Positions 28,933 to 41,163 of a DNA stretch of 64,000 nt are shown here, in pieces. How positions within the stretch are numbered: position 1 is the first letter of the stretch; every line of letters starts with the position of its first letter. The notes under the pieces were generated by a model. It ran no database searches and was not told where the DNA came from. It saw only the letters and a program-made list of their open reading frames with translations. The DNA lies in the NCBI GenBank assembly GCA_040954595.2, contig CM082580.2:12042909-12106908 (forward strand), read 5' to 3'. The stretch comes from Balanoglossus misakiensis (taxonomy: Eukaryota; Animalia; Hemichordata). Position numbers and translations under genes: made by a program.

Positions 28933-31043
28933 ATGGTAGATTGTAGACTCTTAGTGCTTCTTATCATAATAATACAGATAGGCGTCTCTTCCTGCAAACC
29001 AAACATCATTATACTATTCGCCGATGATGTCGGGTACGGAGACCTCGGCTGTTATGGTCACCCAACTTCGTACACGCCCAACCTGGACAGAATGGCCAAT
29101 GAAGGCTTGTTGTTGACGTCTTTCTACAGTGCAGCGAATCTATGCAGTCCTTCAAGGTATTGCAATTTACTTTATATTTGTAAACTTTTTGATTAAGTGT
29201 GTATGATCTGAAAGTTGCATGAGAAAACAAAGTTGAAGTCATTTTTTACTTATTGCTGTCAACTTTTTAAGAAAAAGTTTCAATATAATGACCAAGAAGT
29301 ATTTTTTTGTCATTTTCACCAGAGCAGCCTTGTTGACTGGCCGGTACCAAATCCGCTCAGGAATCTATCCATTTGTTTTGAGTCCTGATTCAACTGGTGG
29401 TCTTCCGAGGAATGAGACAACGATTGCCAATATCCTGAGGACCCAGGGTTACAAGACGGCAATGATTGGCAAGTGGGATCTAGGCATCGGAAAGGACTTG
29501 GTGCACTTCCCTACCCATTATGGATTTGATAAATATTTTGGGATTCCTTATGTGCATGGGGCGTGCCCGTGTGAAAAATGTTTCTATCCAGACTTGGGAT
29601 GTCAGTGGAGTGTTTTTGGTGGCGATAAATGTGGATTTGATAACACATACTGTCCACTGTTCCGTGATACAAAGATCATTCAACAGCCTGTTGACTTGAC
29701 AACGCTCATGGAAGAATATTCCGACTTTGCCGGAGACTTCATCTCGGAAAGTGCCAAGGAAGGGACTCCATTTTACCTCTACTATGCCTACAACCATTGC
29801 CACTTTCCACAGTTTGCTGGCAAGAGATTCCGGAATTTCACAAAGCGAGGAATATACGGCGACTCCCTGGCAGAGATTGATTGGAGTGTTGGTGAGGTTA
29901 TAGAACAACTTAGGAAAAGTGAAATAGAAAACAACACACTGGTGTTTTTTACTTCAGACAATGGGTAAGAGGCATGCAATTTCAGTTTAGTGTTCTTTGA
30001 GAATAATATATTTGGCTTCACTAGCAATAAAGGAGGGAATATCTCAGTGGCAATTCCCTCCCACCTTATCTCGGCTATCGGCTATTGGGTTGATAGAGAT
30101 TGACAAAGTGTTTTTGCTTCTGTTTCTATAAGGGCTGCAACAAGAGATATGAACTATGGTGGCAGTTCTGGTATGTTGAAATGTGGCAAGGCAACTACCT
30201 ATGAAGGCGGACACAGAGTACCTGCCATTGCGTATTGGCCAGGTAAGTATCTCAGTAGATGTTGATAGATGAGCAGTCTTCAGAATCCAGTGACTACAAA
30301 TATGCTTGCCTCAAGACATAACTATCATATTCATCTATCCCATTCATAGAAAATGTGACATCTCATCTCTGTGTGATTTCCAGGTCAGATTTCTCCAGGT
30401 CAGAGGTCAGCCGAGTTCACCACTACGCTAGATTTGCTTCCAACAATTGCAAAACTAGGAGGCGGTTCTCTGCCAAATGTTACCATTGATGGGCTGGATA
30501 TATCGTCTGTTTTATTTGAAGAAGCAAAGGTAATGTAACTTGACAGCATGTAAGCCCTTGCTGTTTGACAAATTTCAATGGAGTTTTTCTATTAAGAACA
30601 TGAATTACGTTTCATTTTCGCAGAGTCCACGAGATGCATTGTACTATTACCCAGCATTCCCTGTGCAGAAGATTGGTGCATATGCGGTCAGGTACAAGAA
30701 CTTCAAAGTTCACTATTACACCGAGGGCTCACCACAGTCGGGCATGTACAATGCAGATGCAGACTGCCACCCAAACAACACAGTCCGACACGAGCCACCT
30801 CTCCTCTTTGACCTCAATGAAGACCCCGGAGAACTCTACAACTTAAACACCCAATCACAGTACAGTGAACTTCTGAAGGAAATTGATGAAATGAAGGTCA
30901 AGTTTGAAGCGGCAATGACTTGGGGGGTCAGCCAAGTGAACAAGCCTAAAGATCGTAAACTGGAACCATGTTGCAAACCAGGATGTTCTCCATTTCCAAC
31001 ATGCTGCCGATGTGACCAGCCAGTCACTCTGACTGTTGACTAA
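28933..31043 (+). CDS. ARSA: Arylsulfatase A-like sulfatase, 5 exons (28933-29156, 29323-29964, 30133-30242, 30384-30529, 30624-31043)
   Basis: Signal peptide; [23 protein letters not shown]; formylglycine motif [12 protein letters not shown] across intron 1; FTSDNG; [10 protein letters not shown]; ARSA-type Cys-rich tail [22 protein letters not shown] replaces the usual GKWHLG. Confidence 0.88.
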
Positions 31044-31429
31044 CCCACAATAATAATGCCATCACTAACTTGCATAGACAAGAACAAGAACACACATTTT
31101 GTATCAGACATGTACATAATCAAATAGAATACACTCATTTGCATATTTTTTGTAATGACAACTTTATTTATCAAAATCACAACAGTACTACAGTCCATGC
31201 ATTTACACACTGAGTACCAAGGTGATACATGCAGCAGGTCTCAAGTTTTTAAAAGTGGATGGACGTACATATGTACATGCATACATATACACCAATACAG
31301 AAAGACAGACGCAAAATCAGTTGGTCAATTTATGGCAACTTCATCTTGTAAGACTGTGATATCCAGAAGGAAGAACAGATGATGGTTGGTCACATGGTCT
31401 CATCATCTCTTCTGTCACACAGTTTGATG

Positions 31430-32487
31430 TCACTGACATGAAAATGTCCGAGTCAAATAATCTGCCAGTTTCTTCTGATTGTCCTTCTCAAAAAGATAAA
31501 AATGTCCACCAGGCAACACATGCGATGAAAAGTCACCCTTTGATAAATCGCCCCATGCTGTTGAAGAGAAATGAATATCCAGAATATATTAACCATATAC
31601 ATGTACCCGGTATGTGCATATTAACATTCAAGACATAACCTATGACTTTGCTGAAACTGCAAAAGTCAATTGTATTTTGTTGAGTAGAAGTGTCACATAT
31701 AACACATGCAGTGGTGGGACTTGCCTTTCATATCATGAGGTCTGTCTTCACTTCCATCAAAGGCTGTTACTGGACATGTCAGTACTGGACCTGATACAGG
31801 AAACTCGTAACTGGAAGCAAAACAAATGAAATGTATCTTAACGCTGAGGATACATCACAAACTTCTGGAAAGAGGGGTGACTACAAGATACTAGGTGTTA
31901 GTGGAAATTTGTTGAAATCTCCTGGACCCATTTGACACTTTCACCTATGAGGGCGCCATTTTCACAAGTGGCCAATAGTAGTCAGATATTGGACTATAAT
32001 GTATCAGCAATTCTTACTCGTAATTTTCGATGAGTTTGAAATCTGCTTTCAGACTTGGTATGAACATTTTCATGAATTCTGGGTTGTTAGCTACTTCCTT
32101 GGGAGTGCCACCTATCTGTATGATCTTCTCCATGAATTCATCATCTGGAAGACTGGACAGGTGTGTCCGACTGGCTTTGCGTAGTTCCGACTGCAAGAAT
32201 AAGTTTGTATTTGTTCCAAGTATGGAATGACACAATTTCTCTTTAAAAGCACAGATGGACAAAAACTAATTGACCCATCCAAATAGTTTACAAATATAGT
32301 CTAATTTTCTTTATATGATATGCTACTGATCAGTAATAAAAAAAAGTCATCTTCCATGAAACTTACGTGAGGAGCGGATGTTCCAGACACTGTCAGATGA
32401 AGTGGTTCTATCTTGTGGTTCTCTTTCAGATATTTCAAATCCTATATGGGCTCCCATACTGTCAATAGAATACACAGGGAAAATAGT

Positions 32488-32566
<79 letters not shown>

Positions 32567-33032
32567 CCAACCACCACCATCATCAACACCACCATATCAC
32601 ACTGTATGTGGCAGAGAGCACATATATACCTGTGTCCAAAGAAAGCAAATGGTTTTTCTTTGAAGTCTTGTAGCAATGTTTGTACTACGTCTTTGACCAG
32701 TGTTGCTGCATCTTCATAGCATTGTTCTTTAAATCTGGACTCCCTTCCAGGTAATCTTATGGAACATACTGTAAAGATGGTTTTGAGACAAACATATAAA
32801 TGATCTAAATGACAAGTTTATGAACAAATAATAAAACTTAGTGCCAATAAACAAAACTGATTTTAAAGTACCAGAATGAGGGTTGCCTTGTTTATTTACC
32901 TTCAATAGAATCAGGGAAAAGTTTTCCCCACTGTCCATAAAACGCTGCACCACCCCCAGCCCATGGAAAACAGTACAGCCTGTACAATGCTGCCGGTTTG
33001 CTGATGCGTTGTACTAGCCTGTCCGCCATCAT
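31430..33032 (-). pseudogene. OLAH: Type II (medium-chain S-acyl fatty acid synthase) thioesterase, OLAH-like; 6 exons, frameshifted in exon 3 in this sequence
   Basis: Exons 33032-32900 ([18 protein letters not shown]), 32768-32630 (RLPGRESRFKE...KPFAFFGH), 32458-32367 (SMGAHIGFEI / LKENHKIEPLHLTVSGTSAPH in two frames), 32190-32018 (GGTPKEVANNPEFMKMFIPSLKADF), 31810-31725 (LTCPVTAFDGSED), 31557-31430 (LPGGHFYLF...*). Catalytic Ser and His motifs are intact. Exon 3 is 92 nt where phase requires 3n+1. Could be a null allele or an assembly error rather than a fixed pseudogene. Confidence 0.8.
32488..32565. repeat. Perfect (ATC)26 microsatellite in thioesterase intron 2
   Basis: Uninterrupted ATC run, followed by degenerate ACC/ATC units. 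Confidence 0.95.
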
Positions 33033-36000
33033 ACATTTATCACATATGTAACAGCAATGACTGAATGAATCGAATAACTACAACAAGGTAAGGGAACCGG
33101 GGTCAGACTGACAACTGGACAACAACTTGTGAAAACAAAATGATATTGACAAGAAGAGTTCTCAAAAAATATCCACCACGAATCTCGGCGTTATCGTCAA
33201 TGCTGTGAAAATAAATGTTGCATAATGCCACTAACACAGCTACTCAGGCACTGAAAATCCGTGGAATATTTCAATAAATGTACCGGTACCGTTAAAAAAC
33301 CACCATATTATCTGTACGGTATACGTATTCGTTGATCGAGTCCGCGTTGGTTGGCCCCGCCCCCAAACCAATACTATTTCCTGGTTCAATGACCTTTACT
33401 TTCAACGCGGGTGGCGCTTTATTCAAATTTTCTGGGCGTGGTGATCTGAAACTTACATGATGCCAAGGGTTTAATACTGAAACTTATATGAACTGAAATT
33501 TGGATAAATAATTCACTTTCAGTTAATTTCAATTCAATTCATAATATTGGTATTCACTGTCAGCTAGTGTTGAAAAGCTAAAAAATGTATAACACAATAA
33601 TACAAAGTGGAAAATTACATTAAAATGAAACATATTAAAACATGTGATTTTAGGCCAGGGCTGAGACTCTCTAGAACATGGTGTAGTCACAGTCACTTCA
33701 CGTGAACTAAAATGAACTTTGCAGTAAAACAATGCATTTTTGTGTGGTCATTACCCTGAAAAACAATTTAGCCAAGCCAACAATGGAAGAGTCTCAAAGT
33801 TCCACAATCTGTGACGCCATAAATGTTATCTCACGGTTAAAGCTCACACTTAATTCAGACATGTCACTGTCCCAACATTATTAGTATTAAAGTGTGTCAA
33901 CCAGGGCACTTCAGATTCAACAATGGAAAGGCTTGGCCCCCATGGTCACATATTTGCGTTTTGACCGCATGATGACCTCAGATGTTAATAAAATAAAAGG
34001 ACGCTTGTTAGTCCCAGTGTTACTCACTCCCAGATCAGAGCCACTCCCGAGAGCAGCACCAGGTTGGACACACATATCTTATACAGTAAGAGTGATTACA
34101 ATTATCTTTTATAAAAAAAATCCTTGCAGATTTAATTATTCACAGTTGTGAAAAATTAAACCATGCATGACGAACTATATGGGCTACAATTTGCTTTTGA
34201 AATTGGTTTACAATTACTTGAAGTATATCCTATAGAGTTTTCCATATAATATTACCAGTATGTACCAGTGAGTCGGAGCTTATGAGATATGTGTGGTAGG
34301 AATTTTCTATTTTTAAGGAATTTTTTAAATTTTTTGGTAAATAATTGTGGTATCCTCCTTGCCCAATTTGCTCCTAAATTTAGGGCGAGAGTTTTCAGGG
34401 ATATTAGTCTCTTTGATATTTGTTCAGATTTGTTCAGATCACGGTGGAAATATCCATATTGAATTTTTGGGTGTGGTTGGTGTAATAGATCTAACACATG
34501 ATTGATCACTTGATCCATGCAGTGCACATTACTCTGTCATAGGTGTGGTGTCAACATATACTGGTTGCATGTCACTGGGTAGACAGAATGATCTCATTGT
34601 TGTCTGAAGGACACAGACTTTGTGTTCTATATGTGTTTTCTTAAATATTTTTCATTCAGGCTGTTTATTACTATAATTCCAGAATAATAGTGTCATTGTG
34701 AAATTTTCATGATTAATATTTTACAAATAATATTTTGTCATCAGAACATCATATTGTTTATTTCCTTGGGAGGGACAGACACATATATGGAGACAAATAT
34801 TTTGGTTCAATTTGCATGATTTGAAGGGCATTCTCTGTTGGGTTTGGCAGATTATCATATTGTAAATTGTCCTTGGAGGGACTGATATCATTGTTCTATT
34901 TGAAAGGCCGGCATATGGACTTTGTCTTATTGGTCATAAAAATTTAAGACAATGACCATGCTAAGAACAGGGCAGGTCTGTCTGTTGAAAAAAAATCTGA
35001 ATTTAAAAAAAAACCTCTTTGCCTTTTTCATGCTCACCGTCTTTGTTCATTTCACTTAAAATAAATTTGAATCATAAAATATAAAAGACTGCATCAGAAT
35101 ATACAATCATGCATAGCTGAATAAACCATGAATTGTAATTTAAATTTGTTAAAAAAGAAATCTTTCACCAACAACATCTTCTTGATAATAAGTTTATTGT
35201 AATCAAGTTTGTCATTGAATTAATCTATACTCATGTGGTTTCACTCGATGATGGATCAGTTACATCATTCAGTTTTGATAGCAAATATTGTATGTTCATG
35301 TATTGTGTGATTTCAGTATTTACATTGACACACAAATAGCCTGGATGAATATTTGAAAAAAAAACTTCCCCAATATAGAAAGGCAATGACCACATGTTAC
35401 AATCAGCAAATGTTCTGGCTTGTAAATCATGCATGATTTTATGCAGGGCTCACAGTGATGACCTTGAGAATCGAGCTGTGTCATGCTGTGTATTCAATCA
35501 AATAAGTGTGTGCCTGATGCATACATGTAGGTTAATGAGATGAAGCCTTTCCCAAAGAAGGATAAGCAACAAGGACATAACATTACGTAATCAGTCTTCT
35601 ACAGTGGGTGCAAAGGTTGTCACAGTGTCCCGTTATAAGTTAAAATGGTCATGTGATCACTGAGGTGGTTTGTAATTGGCTGGGAGTTACGTTACTATGG
35701 AAGTGATGATAGAGCCATTGCCATTCAGTGACAGACTTTCATGTAAGTGTCAGAGTCCACGCTTGTAAGATCTATTTCATCGGATGCTCATAGATCGAGA
35801 TCTACATATCTCCTGGATTGACATTTTGTTTAAATTCCAAAATTTCATTGGGTATGTATATGTACATCGGGCTCAATTACAATGTATTGTTAAATGCAGC
35901 ATTTTAAGTCATTTCAACATTTTGCTTTTTGAGAAGTGTGTTTCTGTTAAGTGTCAATTTTCCAATTTCAAACTCTGTGTGTGTGACTACAAATTTATCT

Positions 36001-36131
36001 TTTCTTAAAGAGTGTATGTGTAGTCTAAAATAAGAGTAAGATGGTTGTGTGTATGTATCCGGTATAACGATCATCAGGTATGACAAGAGTAGTATTTTTG
36101 TCACAGGTATAATTGAAGAAACTAGGTAACC

Positions 36132-39100
36132 ATGGAAACAAATGGAGAAGTGAAAGAAAAGTCTTTTCAGTACCAGGACAGTCTCCCATCACTACCAGTA
36201 CCACCACTGCAGCAAAGTCTGGACAAGTATTTAGAATCAGGTAAGCCATTCATTCATTTTGGCAGATGCGCTGCCACTATTACAAAACAAGATCTTTTTT
36301 TTTTTATTTTCAGTCTAATCAAATAGATATCAGTCCTGAAGTGAATTAATAAATTACTGGAAAAAAAATTAACATACGATTTGTGGTTCACTGAGTGTCA
36401 CTGTCCAACATTGTTGAGTGTCATTGAACCATAGCTACCAGACTGTCCAACACAGTGTCGTCATATTGTAGCTACTTAAAGGCTTATGGTACTGAGATCA
36501 TTTGTGCAAAGTCCAATTTATTCAGTATGGTCATTCCAAGGTCAGCTTGTTCGATTTAAATTGCAAATGATGTCTGCATGAACACGGACGTGCCATCGGT
36601 TTGTGCTGTCATAGCAATTGCAGGCATATACCCTGCGTTATGTTAGACCTTGGCAAATATTACATTCACATTTCTGAAAATAGATATCAGAGACATATAG
36701 ATCCTTCTTTTTGCAGCTTTCAGTTCGTCTATTTGTTACTTCCAATACACATAGAGTTCCGGCATGTGAATGACGTCATATCATTCATGTACTGTGACAG
36801 AGTCCAACTTGACACGTGTTTGTACATGCGTTATTTTATCAATGTCTGGTGATTGTAAACAAATGACGACTGCAAATGATGATTGAAAAGTCATAATGAG
36901 TTACCATGTAATGTTGCAGAATTGTCAAGCTGAAAAAAATGGTTGAATATTTTGTAATGTCAATTAATGAATGATTTACATTTGAGCATGACAACCTTGT
37001 AACCTAGCTGTATTTATTATGGATTTTTAGTGAAACCATTTGTGACAGAAGAACAATATAAATACACTGAGAAAGTTGTCAAAGAGTTTGGAGATGGAAT
37101 TGGAAAAGAACTCCAAGCTAAACTTGAGGAAAGAGCCAAAGAACATCGAAACTGGGTGAGCAATCTCAAGAAGACAAGACTAATGAATATAATTTTGTAA
37201 AATTTCTGCTGAGTATAGTTGCTAAACAATTTTTTCAAACTCAGAGTTGCCATAAAGTAATTTTTTTTTCATTCTTGCAGCTGGAACACTGGTGGGTGGA
37301 CAGCGCTTATCTGCAAAGCAGGGATGCAATATCAGTCAGTGTGAACTATGGTGGTCCTTATCCAATGCATGAAGACATCTGGCCACCACAGTCTGGAACT
37401 CAACTACAGAGAATGGCCATGTTACTTTGGTCTTATGCCAAATTATGGCTTTCCATTAGAAGGTATGGCCGCACAACATTTTAGTGTTTCGTTCAGGATA
37501 TATGCCACATTTATTAAAGGCAATATTTCACAATAATTCAAAGTTCTTTTACGTCAATAGCATCAACACCTCCCTTCTCAGTATGATGTATTTGAATTCA
37601 CCGGAATAAATGTTGTCAAGACTGTACGGATTAGCGCCCTCAACAATCTACATTGGAAATACTCTTGTTTTTCTAACCCAACTTTTTTCAAACTTTTCTT
37701 CTGCAAAACTATTTTCAAAAGTTTCACGTGGACAAAAATATTAATAATATTAAGAATTACATGAAGTAAAATTCTTTAAAATCTGATCTTGTCTTGTACA
37801 TATGCCAGGGAGGAATTGCCTGTTGACCGAGCCAAAGCACTAGGAAATAAACCTATGTGTATGAACCAGTACTGCAACTTGTTCAATATCTGTCGAATTC
37901 CAGGAATCGAGATTGACACTTTGAGAAGGAGTTTCAAAACTGGTCAGTTAATGGTTATAAACAACTTTTCTTTTTAATATAGCTGTTCTTCCCTTTGTGA
38001 TAATTTGTGAACATGAAATCTTCAAATAAAATTGCAGTGATCTTGTTTAGAAGGATGAATAAAAATTATATGATATATTCTATATGTTACAGTTACCAAT
38101 ATCTGAGCACGAAAACATAAACCAAACACTATAATTTTTTTAAATTATTTGTTTTGTATTGTAGAGTCCCAAGGTGCTTGTCCAGGTAACATGGTCATCT
38201 GCAGAAAGGGTTACATGTTTAGTATTGATATTGTAGCGGATGGAAATCCTGTCACTCCAGCTGAATTGTACAAGTATGTGCTTTTATTTGTAACACCAAT
38301 TCATATAGTTTTAATCACATCACCAAATGTAAAAGTCACAGTAACATTGATTGCTCTAAACTTTTCAAATATTATGCTAATGATTCCATGTCATTGTACT
38401 ACAGACAGTTGCAGTATATCAAGAATGTATGTGACGAGAGACCAACTGGTCCTGGTGTAGGTGCTCTGACCGCGTGGGATAGAGTATCCTGGGCAAAGGT
38501 AATAATATTATTGGGACAACAAAATTATGAAATAAGTATTGATGAGGATGAAAATGATGAGACTTCACTTCTTACCTCTGTTGCCATGGCATCAATTTAC
38601 ATGCCACAAAGAGGTATATATTTTTAATTAATTACAATGCCAATTTTACCGAGAAATGCCCTAACTTGCAAATTATCATTCTGCTTCAAGGCCAGACAGT
38701 ATCTCATTGACCTTGATCCAGAAAACAAGAAAAGCCTGGATGTCATTGAAACCTGCATCATTGTCATGGTAATGGACCTTGATAATGAACCTCAAACAGC
38801 AACAGAGGTGAGTTTTGTTTGCTGCTATAGGTGATTGAATTCTATTATTCTCGTCTTGTTTTCCTGATAGTGTTTCATAAGAGTGCCATTGTAATTTATA
38901 ATCCTGTATGCTTGTCAATAGATTGCAAGACTGTCAATCTGTGGCCCTGATGTCTACAACCGTTGGTTCGACAAAGCGTCTTGTATCATCAACTACAGTA
39001 ATGGTGTAATGGGTAGCAACTGTGATGTAAGTATTAATATACACCTGTGTGTCTGTCAATTAACATGCAAATTTCAATCTTGAAGGTTTTGTTAAAAATT

Positions 39101-41163
39101 TTCATTAGACTTGATGCAGTTCCAACCCCTGCAGTTTATATCACACCTAAAGTCAGTCTTTGATTGGTTGCAGCACTCTCCCACTGATGCCATTGCGCCC
39201 ATATATGGCGTCAATTATTTGCATGGGGTGCTGAGAAAAGCTGATGTATCATGGACAGTAAGTTTTTTGCATCTCAAAAAAGAAATTATATATTTTATCA
39301 ACATCACTAATTCTGTCTTGGACACTACAAAGACAATCATTTTTGTTCAATTTTTCATGCATCTCCTGAACATATACTGATTGGCAAATTATATGAATGT
39401 ATTATGCATCTGATAAAACGCTTTCCTCTTATCTCCAGGAAAGACCCACACCTGACAGAGAATTGCCTCTTCCAGAAGAACTGAAATTTGTTGTGGATGA
39501 AAAGATCCAGAAGGACATCAAACTATCAGCTGAACACTATCTACAAAGGGTAAGTGCAGCAGCTCAAAAGTTATCTACGTTATTCATATCTTCTAGTTTT
39601 TCTGGTCTTCTAGTTAAGGATCGTATGCAATTCACAAATTGAACAGTTGCGCTTCCTCTAATCTGTTTTATAGGCAAGCAACCTGGAAGTGTTTTTCCAG
39701 TCGTATGACACTTTTGGAAAGGGACTTATCCGAGGCTTGCAGATTCATCCCGACACTTTTGTACAACATGTCTTACAGTTAGCATATTTCAAAATGCATC
39801 GAAAGTAAGTACTCATTCATTGTACACACCCGTTATTCGAGTTCGAATTTTTGTGTTTTATTCTTTCATGCACACTTTCCATCACTCTGCCATTTTGCAG
39901 ACCAGCCCCAACCTACGAGTCATCCACAACCAGACAATTCTACCATGGACGAACAGACACGATGAGATCTTGTACAAAGGAAGCAGTGCAGTGGTGTATG
40001 GCTATGGCAAATCCTAAAATATCTGTAAGTTTTATTGGGAATGAAATCCGGTTTGTTCCAAAACAACAAATTAATGTTAAAGTTTTGTATGGTATTTACT
40101 GATCAGATATTTGCTGATTACAGTAACCCCTTTTAGTATTATAGTGAGTATAAAACAAGCAAGATTAGAAAAATATGCTTTGAATGTTCAGTTGGAAAAG
40201 CATTCAGTTGATTTATTTTTTTCTACATGACAGAACGAGAAAAAGTTAGAACTGTTCCGCAACTCAGTTCAAAAACACAGTCAGCTGATGTTGGAAGCTG
40301 TTCATGGCCAAGCATTTGATAGACATCTACTCGGCTTACAAATCCTAGCTGGTTCCAGTGGGGTACAGCCGGAAATATTCCAAGATAAGGCTTGGACAAA
40401 GAGGTGAGCTGCATTTAAAAGGGTGGTTCAACTTTGAACTTGAGTGTCACCTAAAAGAAGTGTCAGAGGGAGGGGATACTTGTGTATAGTCCACTGAAAG
40501 ACTAAACACTTCCAAGAATTATACGTCTTGCCAAAGTTTGATGAAGTGTGAACAAAATTGAGAAAAGTGATTCTATGTGTACAAATCACCAGCAATTTGT
40601 ATGCTGTGCCCTGTCCATCCAATGTGGTACTACTGGTCATTTTGTTCTGTGGTAAATTTTCTCCAACAGTGGTGGAAATGGTCAGTTTGTCCTGTCTACA
40701 AGTTTGGTTGGTTACTCTCAGACCATAGGTGGATGTGCTCCGTTGGTACATAATGGATATGGTATCACCTACATCATTCTCGATAAACGGTATGCAACAC
40801 TTTCATTTTTGTATTGCTTTAGTTTTTTCATCAGTATATGTATATACATGTACATGTATCTTCAAATTTCTATCTGTCCAGTCACATGTGGCTTTGTTTC
40901 CAGAGAGAATTTATGCAATTGCTATACATCTATTTCAAGTTTGCCTGCTGCAAGTGGTCAAAAGGGGTTAGTCTTCTTTACTGATTTTAGCAGAGAAGGA
41001 ATACTGTGATGGTCGTTTAAGACTTTGATCTTCTTTTCCCAGGCTTGGTTTCACAGTCACAGCATGGAAAGATAACCCAGAGACGGATGCTATCAAGTTC
41101 TATCACGCAATCGCTGAGACTTTGAACGGTATGAGAGCAATGGCTTCTAATCATAACCTTTAG
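36132..41163 (+). CDS. CROT: Carnitine O-octanoyltransferase paralog 1, multi-exon
   Basis: [25 protein letters not shown]; NWLEHWW; [10 protein letters not shown]; NRWFDK; catalytic CD|HSPTDA; [18 protein letters not shown]; FDRHLLGL; GGNGQFVLSTS; APLVHNGYG. Last exon 41043-41163 ends MASNHNL*. Confidence 0.9.

Noticed and set aside
32347-32719. ORFs with poly-Asp, poly-Ser and poly-Ile tracts
   Set aside because: All are translations of the intronic (ATC)26 microsatellite.
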